Shown piece by piece: positions 1 to 10,436 of a stretch of 64,000 nucleotides of DNA. The stretch is taken from the NCBI GenBank assembly GCA_052279835.1, contig CP181291.1:352001-416000 (forward strand). Reading direction: 5' to 3'. Under the pieces are notes generated by a model. It did no database searches and was not told where the DNA came from. It saw only the letters and a list, made by a program, of their open reading frames with translations. How positions within the stretch are numbered: position 1 is the first letter of the stretch; every line of letters begins with the position of its first letter. The DNA comes from Microcoleus sp. Lineage in GTDB: Bacteria > Cyanobacteriota > Cyanobacteriia > Cyanobacteriales > Microcoleaceae. The translations under genes and the position numbers were made by a program.

Positions 1-859
1 GACTACAAAGTTAAATCTGTATAAAAGCGATTTTACTGGCAAAGTCGTACAAAAATCAACTGTTACCTTAGATGGAATTTACGCGCTCCACGATTATGTT
101 TTTGCGGGAAAGTATTTGATATTTTTTGTACCGCCGGTGCAAGTCAATTTTTTGCCATTGTTAGCGGGAATTAGCAGTTATAGCGAGTCCTTTAAGTGGA
201 AACCGGAATTAGGAACGCAGATATTAGTTTTTGACTCGGAAACTCTATCTTTAGTTAGTCGCGGCGAAACCGAGGCTTGGTTTCAGTGGCATTTTGCTAA
301 CGGTTTTGTCAAGGAAGATGGCGATGTGGCGGTTGATTTTGTGCGCTTTGCTGATTTTACAACTAATCAGCGACTGAAAGAAGTAGCGACTGGTGAAACT
401 CACACCGATGCAGAGGGTACTCTTTGCCGAGTGCATCTCAATCCTCTAACGGCGAAAGTGACAGGAATAGAAGAATTGTTGGATAAACCTTGCGAGTTTC
501 CCATCGTACCGGCGGCCGAAGTAGGACAAGACTCCCGCTATATTTATGTGGCAATGTATCGACCTCAAGTAGATATTGTAGCGGAACGTTATGGCGCGAT
601 CGCCCGTTTGGACACGCAAACCCGCAATCTCACAATTGCCGACTGTGGCGAAAATCGCTATCCCGCAGAACCCATCTACGTTCCAGATATTTCCTCAGAA
701 AAAGGTTGGATAGTAACAGTTGTTTACGACGGCAATTCTGATAAAAGCGAAGTCTGGATCTTTGATAGCGACGGGCTCGATCGCGCTCCTGTTTGTCAGC
801 TAGAATTGCCTAGTGTCATACCTTTAGGGTTTCATGGTACTTGGAAAAATGCTGTATGA
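1..859 (+). CDS. Carotenoid oxygenase (RPE65/lignostilbene dioxygenase family), 5' truncated by the window edge
   Basis: Frame is open from position 2. Family motifs: WHFANGF, CEFP, EPIYVP, and C-terminal PLGFHGTW (iron-ligand His). Confidence 0.9.
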   Translation, partial: TTKLNLYKSDFTGKVVQKSTVTLDGIYALHDYVFAGKYLIFFVPPVQVNFLPLLAGISSYSESFKWKPELGTQILVFDSETLSLVSRGETEAWFQWHFANGFVKEDGDVAVDFVRFADFTTNQRLKEVATGETHTDAEGTLCRVHLNPLTAKVTGIEELLDKPCEFPIVPAAEVGQDSRYIYVAMYRPQVDIVAERYGAIARLDTQTRNLTIADCGENRYPAEPIYVPDISSEKGWIVTVVYDGNSDKSEVWIFDSDGLDRAPVCQLELPSVIPLGFHGTWKNAV

Positions 860-1056
860 GCAGATTGTAAAGAAGTGTTGCAGAAGATTTATTAAAAATT
901 GTTGCTGCTTTAGCTTCTAGTTGTTAAGGTGTGTGTAGAGAGGTAATTCTCGTATATAGGAGGCGTGAAAATTATGCTCTATATTGCTCAAAAATCCTCT
1001 GTTTTTTCCCGGCTAATAGAATTACCGGCTACACAGGAAAACACCGCCAATCCAGG

Positions 1057-1248
1057 CGAATCTCCGGCGAATTCCCGATGAATTCCCGGTGAATTCCCGA
1101 TGAATTCCCGGCGAATCTCCGGTGAAATCCCGATGAATTCCCAGCGAATCTCCGGCGAATTCCCGATGAATTCCCAGCGAATCTCCGGCGAATTCCCGAT
1201 GAGGTTCCGATGAATTTCCGGCGAATTCCCGATGAATTCCCGGCGAAT
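1057..1248. repeat. Intergenic 11-bp tandem repeat array (GAATTCCCGAT / GAATCTCCGGC variants)
   Basis: About 17 degenerate 11-mers, most containing GAATTC. Confidence 0.9.
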
Positions 1249-1532
1249 AAAATTCGCGGCTACACACACAAAGTCCGCCTGCGCGGACTCAAGATAGAGG
1301 CAAATTCAGCCAAAGTTGGTATAATTGTTCACCGGGTTTTCCCACCTCAAGTTTGTCTGCTTGAATGAGGTTTACTTATCAGATTCCTGACCAATTTCTG
1401 GCACATCAAAGTTTAGTTCAACTCACGGGTACGTTGTCGATTCAAAAGTTTTGAGTTAACTCCACAAACTTCACAACTCACAACTTATAACTCCGTACCC
1501 GGTGAGCACTTCAAATCCAGAGGTTTAAATCT

Positions 1533-2354
1533 ATGCAGCTTCAAGGAAAAACAGCTCTTGTGACAGGGGCTTCTCGCGGAATTGGGCGCTCCATCGCCCT
1601 GGAATTAGCCAAACAAGGCATCAAACGTTTGTTGATTGTGGCGCGCAATCGCCAGCAATTAGTTGAATTAGCGACTGAAATCGAAGTTTTTGGTGTAGAA
1701 GCAGTGCCATTAGCTTTAGATTTAACTCAGTCGGTAGCAGTGAATATTGCGATCGCCCAAGCGTGGCGAGATTGCGGCCCAATTCACCTCCTAGTCAACT
1801 GTGCAGGTGTCGCGCACCAAGCATCATTCTTACGTTCCCCAGTCCCATTAATCGAGGAAGAAATCGCCTTAAATTTACTGGGAACTTACACAGTTACGCG
1901 CTTAATAGCCAGGAGAATGGCGGCCCAAAGAGACGGAACAATTGTCAATGTTTCGAGCTTAATGGGCAAAATTGCGGCTCCCACAATGGCAACTTATTCT
2001 GCTACTAAATTTGCCATTTTGGGCTTCACCCAAGCTTTACGCAGCGAGTTGACAGCGTACAATGTTCGAGTCACAGCTTTGCTCCCGTCGCTAACAGATA
2101 CCGACATGGTGCGAGACTTGGAGCAATTTCGGTGGGTGGTGCCGACAACTCCCGAAAAAGTTGCCCAAGCGCTGGTGGCGGGATTGCACAAAGACGCGCC
2201 GGAAATCTTGGTAGGATATCAAAGTCATTTAGCAGTTTGGTGTCACCGAATTGCGCCTTGGCTGCTAGATTTTGTGTTGCGGATGGCGACTCCCCAACTT
2301 TCGGATAAAGCGGGCGATCGCAAATTGCGAGAGGTTTTAGCTAGCGGGCGATAA
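1533..2354 (+). CDS. SDR family NAD(P)-dependent oxidoreductase
   Basis: TGASRGIG Rossmann motif, NCAG, and catalytic YSATK. Confidence 0.95.
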   Translation: MQLQGKTALVTGASRGIGRSIALELAKQGIKRLLIVARNRQQLVELATEIEVFGVEAVPLALDLTQSVAVNIAIAQAWRDCGPIHLLVNCAGVAHQASFLRSPVPLIEEEIALNLLGTYTVTRLIARRMAAQRDGTIVNVSSLMGKIAAPTMATYSATKFAILGFTQALRSELTAYNVRVTALLPSLTDTDMVRDLEQFRWVVPTTPEKVAQALVAGLHKDAPEILVGYQSHLAVWCHRIAPWLLDFVLRMATPQLSDKAGDRKLREVLASGR

Positions 2355-2423
2355 ACCTTTTTAGTAGGGCGGGCTCTTCGGCCCAAGGCGTGTCAACTTA
2401 AGCTGTCAGCCCGCCCACCCGGT

Positions 2424-2690
2424 AGTCCGCCAGGGGTTGAAACCCCTGTCTAATAGCTAAAGTCCTCGCTATGAGGACTGAGAAGAATAATTTTTGGCGT
2501 TGCTGATTCACGGTAGGAATCAACTTTTCGCTTGATGTTACAAAACTCACCATACTTGTCTTATAGCAATTGGGAAATCTGAATTCTTACCTGTATTCAG
2601 AAACGCCCAGCAACGCCGAATTTTTAAACTCATTAGTCCTCATAGCGAGGACTTTAGCTATGAGACAGGGAATTCATTCCCTGTCGGACT
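2424..2690. mobile_element. Nested non-autonomous elements (MITE/REP-like): outer ~56-bp inverted repeats around an inner element with ~25-bp inverted repeats
   Basis: 2424-2479 is the near reverse complement of 2635-2690. Inner GGCGTTGCTGATTCACGGTAGGAAT (2496-2520) pairs with ATTCTTACCTGTATTCAGAAACGCC (2583-2607). Confidence 0.75.
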
Positions 2691-2707
2691 GTCGGACTGG
2701 CTGTATA

Positions 2708-5700
2708 TCATTTCCACTCGCCCTGAAGGGTAAAAGCTGCCCAATAATAAGGAGACTGCCATTTTTCATCCTGCATCATTTCCATCTGCGCCGCCCTCAA
2801 TGCTGCCGCGGTTGCTAACTTTTCTTGCAGCATTTTTTGATAAAACTTTTGCATCAATACAGAAGTTCCTTCATCATCCACATTCCACAAACTCACCCCT
2901 ACCCGCTGCGCCCCCGCATACATAAACCCCCTAGTTAATCCCACCATTCCCTCGCCTTGAATATTCTGCCCCAGTCCCGTCTGACAAGCACTTAAAACTA
3001 CTAAATTTGCTGCCAGTTTCAAGTTGAAAATATCCGTGAGGCGCAAAAAGCCATTGACAAGATTTCCCTTGTCATCCACCATCGACATCATAATTCCTGA
3101 CAGTTCGGGATTTTGACTGTTGGCGATGCCGTGGGTGGCAAAGTGAACGATTTGATAATTGGCTAAATTGCCGTTGGTAGCGGTAGCGCGACTGGCCGCA
3201 AAATCAAATTGTTGAGTTTTAGCAACTGAAGGTACTAAACTTAATATGATGTCGGCTTCTTTGCGGGTAAAGGGCAGGCGTTTGGGCGGCCATGACATAT
3301 TAGCAGCGCGGCTCGCTCGATTTAAACCGAGATTATTTGATTCTAACTTTTCGGTAGTTGCTTGAGTAACTTTACCCTTGACTCGTTCATCATCTAGACT
3401 GAAAACCGGATCGGCTAAAATTGCTAAAGTTTGACTTGGCGGTTTTCTGTCAGCGTTATTTTGCCTGAGAATACCGAGAGTTGAGGCGGAAGGAAGGGTA
3501 ATAATTTCATGTCGGGAAATTAAGAAATTACTAGCATTTTTTCCTGCTGTCTGTGTCAGTGATAAAGCCGCAAAAGGAGTATAGTGCAGCACGCCGTCGG
3601 GAACAATTAACAGGCGTTTGTGTCCTAACTGGGCGGCGGCTGGCTGTAAAATTAACTGACTCAAAGCTGCACTGGCTTCGGCAACTTTTTGGGGAAGTTC
3701 TCTCAAACGCGGGTTAGTTACAGTGTCTCGAAAATTCTTGGCTGCTGTCTCAATATCAACCTGTTTGGGAAGTTCGTAGCTGGTGATTCCGGTTGATGTC
3801 ACTAACCACAAATAACTGCGGTCTTTGCCGAGGGAATATTGCAATAAAATCGTGTTTTCATCGAGAATCTGTTTTTGAATTTCTGGCAGCGTTAAAGGTT
3901 GGGGTTGGGTGAGGGAGGCATAGCGGGGGCTGGTACTGCGAATTTGGGTTTGATTTTGCTGGTATTGTTGCAGTAATTCCCGCCGTTTATTGTCGATTTC
4001 AGCGATTTTAGTGGGATTGGGGTTGGGACTGCTGATTGTTTCGATGCGCTGCTTTTCTGTGGTGTCTAGTTGCTGTTTCAAGCTCTTTTCTTGTTGCAGC
4101 AAATCGGGGGAAATACCCTCGCGAATGTTGGCATTACTTTCAGAGAGGAGTTCTAGGAGGCTGCGGGCTCTCGAACGTTCGCTGGCTTCTAAGGCTTTAG
4201 TATCGTAACCGGATTTAGGATTAGTTTTATGCAGTTGCATTAACAAATCGATGTAGAATTCGTAATAGTCTTGTACTGTGGCAAAGTAGGAGCTGCGGAG
4301 TTCTGGGCTGGCTATTTTGGTGCGGAGGTTTTCGATGATTTGGAGAGAATATTCAATATTTTTGAGGGCTTCGGTAAGATTGTTTAGATCGCGTTTGGCA
4401 TAAGCCATGCTGTAAAGACTGAGGGCTTCCTGTGTGCGATCGCCCACAGCCCTAGATAGGGGAAGAGACTGGTTGTAATACTCTAGCGCTTTGAGTTGTT
4501 CTCCCAATGCTGAGTAGACTAAGCCGATGTTGTTGAGGGTGCCAGCTTCTCCTGAGCGATCGCTCACGGCCCGATATAGGTGAAGGGACTGGTTGTAATA
4601 CTCTAGCGCTTTCTGTTTTTCTCCCAAATCTGAGTAGACACTGCCGATGTTTTTGAGGGTGCCAGCTTCTTTCGCGCGATCGCCCAGGGCCCGAAATAGG
4701 GGAAGGGACTGGCTGACATACTCTAGTGATTTCTGTTGTTCTCCCAATGCTGAGTAGACACCGCCGATGTTGTTGAGGGTGGTGGCTTCAAGAGAGCGAT
4801 CGCCCAGGGCCCGAAATAGGGGAAGGGAGTGGCTGTAATATTCTAGGGCTTTGAGTTGTTCTCCCAATGCTAAGTAGACATTGCCGATGTTGTTGAGGGT
4901 GCCAGCTTCTTTCGTGCGATCGCCCACGGCCCGAGATAGGGGAAGAGACTGGCTGTAATACTCTAGCGCTTTCTGTTTTTCTCCCAAATCTGAGTACACT
5001 AAGCCGATGTTGTTGAGGGTGCCAGCTTCTCCTGAGCGCTCGCCTACTGCCCGACTCAAGGGCAGGGACTGATTGTAATACTCTAGCGCTTTGAGTTGTT
5101 CTCCCAATGCTGAGTAGACACTGCCGATGCTGGTGAGGGTGGCAGCTTCTCCTGAGCGATCGCCTACTGCCCGACTCAAGAGCAGGGACTGGTTGTAATA
5201 CTCTAGCGCTTTGAGTTTTTCTCCCATATCTGAGTACACACTGCCGATGTTTTTGAGGATGGCAGCTTCTCCTGAGCGATCGCCCAGGGCCCGACTCAAG
5301 GGCAGGGACTGGTTGTAATACTCTAGCGCTTTGAGTTTTTCTCCCAATGCTGAGTAGACACTGCCGATGCTGGTGAGGGTGGCAGCTTCTCCTGAGCGAT
5401 CGCCCAGGGGTCCGACTCAAGGGCAGGGATTGGTTGTAATACTCTAGCGCTTTGAGTTGTTCTCCCAAATCAGAGTAGATATTGCCGATGTTGGTGAGGG
5501 TGGTGGCTTCCTGTGAGCGATCGCCCAGGGCCCGACTCATGGGCAGGGATTGGTTGTAATACTCTAGCGCTTTGAGTTTTTCTCCCAATGCTGAGTAGAC
5601 ACTGCCGATGTTGTTGAGGATGGCAGCTTCCTGTGAGCGATCGCCCAGGGCCCGACTCATGGGCAGGGATTGGTTGTAATACTCTAGCGCTTTGAGTTTT

Positions 5701-6608
5701 TCTCCCAATGCTGAGTAGACACTGCCGATGTTGTTGAGGATGGCAGCTTCCTGTGAGCGATCGCCCAGGGCCCGACTCATGGGCAGGGATTGGTTGTAAT
5801 ACTCTAGCGCTTTGAGTTGTTCTCCCAAATTTGAGTAGACATTGCCAATGTTGATGAGGGTGCCAGCTTCCCCTCGGCGATCGCCGAGAGTCCGATATAG
5901 GGGAAGAGACTGGCTGTAATACTCTAGCGCTTTGAGTTTCTCTCCCAAATTTGAGTAGACTAAGCCAATCTTGATGAGGGTGTTCGCTTCCCCTCGGCGA
6001 TCGCCCAGGGCCCGACTCAAGGGAAAGGACTGGCTATAATACTCTACCGCTTTGAGTTTTTCTCCCAAATCTGAGTACACAGCGCCGATGTTGTTGAGGA
6101 TGCCAGCTTCCAGTGAGCGATCGCCTACTGCCCGACTCAAGGGAAGGGACTGGCTGTAATACTCTAGTGCTTTGAGTTTTTCTCCTAAATCTGAGTATAC
6201 AGCGCCGATGTTGTTGAGGGCGATTGCTTCTCCAGGGAGGTCGCCCACGGCGCGACTTATAGGTAGCGACTGGCTGTAATACTCTAGCGCTTTGAGTTTT
6301 TCTCCCAAATCATCCCAGATATTACCGATGCTAGTGAGCACCACAACTTCTTTCGTGCGATCGCCCGCTTCCCGAAACAATTTTAATGCTTCTTCCAACT
6401 TGACGAGCGCACCTCTTTTTGCTTCTGCTGTTCCTTGATTGTAGAGTTGTTCTGCTTCTTTGACAGCTTTTTGGGCAGCCTTCCTAGTGCTAATTTGTGC
6501 CGTTTGTACGGCTTTACCAACGGGTACGGTTGCTGCTACTGGCTGACTTAACTGAAGCGAAAGCGCGATCGACATTCCAGCTAAAATCAATTGAGGGCGA
6601 TCGAACAT
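2708..6608 (-). pseudogene. Secreted TPR-repeat CHAT-domain (caspase-like) protease with a single +1 frameshift near 5407-5411 (real lesion or sequencing error)
   Basis: ORFs 4788-6644 and 2708-5347 join across 40-aa TPR repeats. CAGGGGTCCGA replaces the repeat consensus CAGGGCCCGA. CHAT dyad HFATHG / LSACQTG; signal-peptide-like N-terminus. Confidence 0.85.
4440..6365 (-). repeat. 120-bp (40-aa TPR) intragenic tandem repeats, some near identical (about 5520-5820)
   Basis: ACTCTAGCGCTTTGAGTT...GCGATCGCCC recurs every 120 bp. Confidence 0.9.
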
Positions 6609-6739
6609 AACTACCCCTTTGGTATTTTTTTTAATCTTAATCATTAGCCCGCTTAGTGTAAAGGCGGGAATTGATAATTGGTAATTGGTAATTGCTTGAG
6701 AAAGTATCTCACTTACATGATTTTTTTTTAACTATCATA

Positions 6740-9679
6740 TCACTTCCACTCCCCTTGCAGCGTAAAAGCAGCCCAATAATAGGGAGAATTCCATTTTTCC
6801 TGTTCCATCATTTCCATCTGAGCGGCTCTTAAAGCTGCGGCAGGTGATAACTTTTGTTGGAGCATTTTTTGATAAAACTTTTGCATCAATACCGCAGTTC
6901 CTTCATCATCCACATTCCACAAACTCACCACCATTCGTTGAACACCTGCATACATAAAACCTCTGGTTAATCCCACCATGCCTTCGCCTTTAATATTCTG
7001 GCCAATTCCCGATTGGCAAGCACTTAAAACTACTAAATCTGCGGACAATTTTAAGTTAAAAATATCTGTGAGTCGTAAAAAACCATTGACAAGATTGCCC
7101 TTGTCATCTACCATCGACATCAGAATTCCTGACAATTCTGGATTTTGACTGTTGGCAATGCCGTGGGTTGCCAAGTGAAGGATTTGATAATTGGCCAAAC
7201 GGCCATCGGTAGCAGTAGTGCGACTGGCATCAAAATCTAAATTTTGACTGCTAGAAGCTGAAGGTACTAAACTTAAGATTGTTTGGGCTTCTTGGCGGGT
7301 AAAGGGTAGGCGCTGGGGCGGCCATGCCAGATCGGAACTACGCAGCGATCGACTTAAACCCTGGTTCTGAGATTCTAACTTTTCCGTTGTTGCTGGCGTC
7401 AGCTTTCCTTTGATTCTTTCATCATCTGGACTAAAAACTGGATCGGCTAAAATTGCTAAAGTTTGAGTGGGTGGTTTTCTGTCTCCGTAATTTTGCCTGA
7501 GAATGGCGAGAGTTGAAGCGGAAGGTAAAGTGATAATTTCATGTTGGCTGATTAAGGGAAGGTAGGAATTTTGTCGGCTGGTTAGGGAAATAGTTAAAGC
7601 GGGAAAAGCGGTATAGTGTAAAATACCATCGGGAACGATTAATAAGCGTTTATCGCCTAATTGGCTGGCGGCGGGTTGTAAAATTAATTGACTGAGATTT
7701 GCACTGGCTTCGGCAACTTTTTGGGAAATATTTCTCAACCGGGGGTTGGTAACGGTGTCTCGGAAATTTCGGCTGGCGGTTTCTATCTCGGCGCGTTTTG
7801 GTAATTCATAGGTAATTAGTCCCTTTTGGCTAATCACCCAAAGATAACTGCGGTCTTTGCCGAGGAAATATTGCAATAAAATAGTGTTTTTATCGATAAT
7901 TTGTTTCTGAATTTCTGGGAATGTTAAAGGTTTGGGTTGGGTAAGGGCTGCATACCGGGGGCTGGCGGTACGAATTTGGGTTTGAATTTGCTGATATTCT
8001 TGCAAAAGCGCGAGCTGTTGTTTGTCTATTTGTTCGATTTCCGTTGGGTTGGGATTGGGGAGGCTAACTGCTTCGATGCGCTGTTTTTCAATGGCATTTA
8101 GTTGCTGTTGCAAGCTCTTTTCTTGTTGAAGTAAATCGGGTGCAATGCCTTCGCGAATGTTGGTGTTTGTTTCTTGGAGGAGTTCGAGGAGGCTGCGGGC
8201 TCTCGAAAGTTCGCTGGCTTCTAGGGCTTTTGCATCATAACCAAATTTAGGATTAGTTTTGTGCAGTTGCATTAACAGGTCAATGTAAAATTCGTAGTAG
8301 TCCTGTACGGTAGCAAAGTATGAGGTGCGGAGTTCTGGGCTGGTAATTTTGGTGCGGAGATTTTCGATGATTGTGAGAGAGGCTTGAATGTGATTGAGGG
8401 CTTGGTTAAGATTATTTTGGTCGCGTTTGGTAACAGCTATATTGTAAAGGATACCAGCTTCAATCGATCGCTCGCCGATGGCCCTACTCAGGGTGAGCGA
8501 CTGACTGTAATACTCCAAAGCTTTCTGTTTATCTGCCAAATTTGAGTAGATACCCCCGATGTTGGTGAGGGTGATAGCTTCGCCCCGACGATCTCCCACT
8601 GCTAAAAGTAGGGGAAGGGATTGTTTGTAATACTCTAAAGCTGTCTGTCGATCTCCGAAATAGTTGTGGATGTTACCTATGTTGCTGAGAGTGATAGCTT
8701 CGCCTTTAGCGTCGCCTACGGATCGTTTCAGTTTCAGCGACTGGCTGAAATAGTCTAAAGCTTTGTGTTTTTCTCCCAAATCGTCGTAGATGATGCCAAT
8801 GTTGTTGAGAGTGATGCCTTCGTGCCCGATTTCGCCCAGTGCCCGAAGCAGGGGAAGGGATTGTTTGTAATACTCTAAAGCTGTTTGTTGCTCTCCCAAA
8901 TAGTGATAGACAGCCCCGATGTTGTCGAGGGTAACAGCTTCCTGGGAGCGATCGCCGACGGCGCGACTCAGAGTAAGAGATTGGTTGTAATAATCTAAAG
9001 CTTTCTGTTTTTCTCCCAAATTGTCGTAGACACCCCCGATGTTGCTGAGGATACCAGCTTCGTGCCAGCGATCGCCAATAGTCCGAATTAGAGGAAGGGA
9101 TTGGCTGTAATAGTCTAAAGCTTTCTGTTGCTCTCCCAAATTTGAGTAAACTAAGCCAATGTTGGTGAGGGTGATAGCTTCAAGCGATCGATCGCCTAAA
9201 GTCCGACTGAGGGGAAGGGATTGGCTGTAATACTCTAAAGCTTTCTGTTTTTCTCCCAAATTGTCATAGACAGCCCCGATGTTGTTAAGGGTGATAGCTT
9301 CCTGTGAGCGATTGCTAGTAGCCCGACTCAGGGGCAGGGATTGGTGGTAATAATCTAAAGCTGTTGGTTTCTCTCCCAAATCGTCGTAGATTCTGCCAAT
9401 GTTATTGAGCGTGATTGCTTCTTTGGCGCGATCGCCAGATTCCCGATACAGCTTTAATGCTTCTTCCCATTTGGCGATCGTACCTCTTTTTGCTTCGGCA
9501 GTTCCTTGCTGATAGAGTAGTAATCCATCATTTAATGCTTTTTGGGCCGCCTCGATAGTGCTATTTTGTGCTGTTTTTACGGCTTCCTCAACAGGCGTGG
9601 CGGCTGCACCGGGCTGACTTAACTGAAGCGAAAGTCCGATTAATATACCAGCCAAAAACCATCGAGTGCGATCGAACAT
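6740..9679 (-). CDS. Secreted TPR-repeat CHAT-domain protease, paralog of the adjacent gene
   Basis: Signal-peptide-like N-terminus, about 9-10 TPR repeats, HLATHG and LSACQSG, C-terminal [13 protein letters not shown]. Confidence 0.93.
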   Translation of the reverse strand: MFDRTRWFLAGILIGLSLQLSQPGAAATPVEEAVKTAQNSTIEAAQKALNDGLLLYQQGTAEAKRGTIAKWEEALKLYRESGDRAKEAITLNNIGRIYDDLGEKPTALDYYHQSLPLSRATSNRSQEAITLNNIGAVYDNLGEKQKALEYYSQSLPLSRTLGDRSLEAITLTNIGLVYSNLGEQQKALDYYSQSLPLIRTIGDRWHEAGILSNIGGVYDNLGEKQKALDYYNQSLTLSRAVGDRSQEAVTLDNIGAVYHYLGEQQTALEYYKQSLPLLRALGEIGHEGITLNNIGIIYDDLGEKHKALDYFSQSLKLKRSVGDAKGEAITLSNIGNIHNYFGDRQTALEYYKQSLPLLLAVGDRRGEAITLTNIGGIYSNLADKQKALEYYSQSLTLSRAIGERSIEAGILYNIAVTKRDQNNLNQALNHIQASLTIIENLRTKITSPELRTSYFATVQDYYEFYIDLLMQLHKTNPKFGYDAKALEASELSRARSLLELLQETNTNIREGIAPDLLQQEKSLQQQLNAIEKQRIEAVSLPNPNPTEIEQIDKQQLALLQEYQQIQTQIRTASPRYAALTQPKPLTFPEIQKQIIDKNTILLQYFLGKDRSYLWVISQKGLITYELPKRAEIETASRNFRDTVTNPRLRNISQKVAEASANLSQLILQPAASQLGDKRLLIVPDGILHYTAFPALTISLTSRQNSYLPLISQHEIITLPSASTLAILRQNYGDRKPPTQTLAILADPVFSPDDERIKGKLTPATTEKLESQNQGLSRSLRSSDLAWPPQRLPFTRQEAQTILSLVPSASSSQNLDFDASRTTATDGRLANYQILHLATHGIANSQNPELSGILMSMVDDKGNLVNGFLRLTDIFNLKLSADLVVLSACQSGIGQNIKGEGMVGLTRGFMYAGVQRMVVSLWNVDDEGTAVLMQKFYQKMLQQKLSPAAALRAAQMEMMEQEKWNSPYYWAAFTLQGEWK

Positions 9680-9719
9680 AGTCAGCCCTTGTGTATTTTA
9701 TTTAATCTTAATCATTTTT

Positions 9720-10433
9720 TCAGTTACCCTTAACCGGATGTTGACCGTAAAAAGGCAAAGCATCCGACCAATCTGGACGACTACCCATTTGCCACTCCAA
9801 ATAAGCCAATTCTAATACACTAGAAACAGACGCACCCAACCCGCTAGTCGCTTCAATCAACTGATAAGAATTACCCCAACTATCCAACTTTTCCTGCCAA
9901 GATTCAGGAGTCATCACCGTATCAGGAAATAACTCCTTCAAACCCGAATCTTGATTAACTGAATAAACAGCCCCAAATAATTGACCGCGCTGTGCAGGCA
10001 TTTGCACCGCGACATCATCTCTCAAAAGCCTCCCTGAGTGTAGGGGCGGTTCCAATTCCAAAAGCCCCCCCTTAATAAGGGGGGGTTGGGGGGGTTGTGC
10101 CCAAGCAAAAGCCGCCAAAGTTGAAATAGTAAAAATCGGAATATCCAACTGTTGAGCCAAAGTCCGCGCCGTCACCATACCAATGCGAGTCCCCGTGAAA
10201 CCTCCAGGCCCCTTAGCAACTGCAATAAAAGCCAAATCCGCCCAAGTTTGTGGCTGAATAAACTCAACTAAATACTGGTGCAAATGAGTTGCTAAATCCC
10301 GATCCAAATTCCAAGTTGCACAGCGAGATTCACCGGCAAAATTGCTGATGGCTAAACCAAGTTCGCGACTGGCTGTGTGCAAGGCTAAGCCGTATTTTTT
10401 AACTGATGTTGCGGATTTGGGATGGCTATTCAT
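9720..10433 (-). CDS. tsaB: tRNA threonylcarbamoyladenosine biosynthesis protein TsaB
   Basis: IAVAKGPGGFTGTRIG motif. Carries an in-frame palindromic insert. Confidence 0.92.
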   Translation of the reverse strand: MNSHPKSATSVKKYGLALHTASRELGLAISNFAGESRCATWNLDRDLATHLHQYLVEFIQPQTWADLAFIAVAKGPGGFTGTRIGMVTARTLAQQLDIPIFTISTLAAFAWAQPPQPPLIKGGLLELEPPLHSGRLLRDDVAVQMPAQRGQLFGAVYSVNQDSGLKELFPDTVMTPESWQEKLDSWGNSYQLIEATSGLGASVSSVLELAYLEWQMGSRPDWSDALPFYGQHPVKGN

Positions 10434-10436
10434 TAT

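Noticed and set aside
988..1269. ORFs 988-1269 and 1022-1267
   Set aside because: These are translations of the 11-bp tandem repeat.
4440..9430. Diversity-generating retroelement acting on the TPR repeats
   Set aside because: There is no reverse transcriptase in the window and the differences are not adenine-specific.
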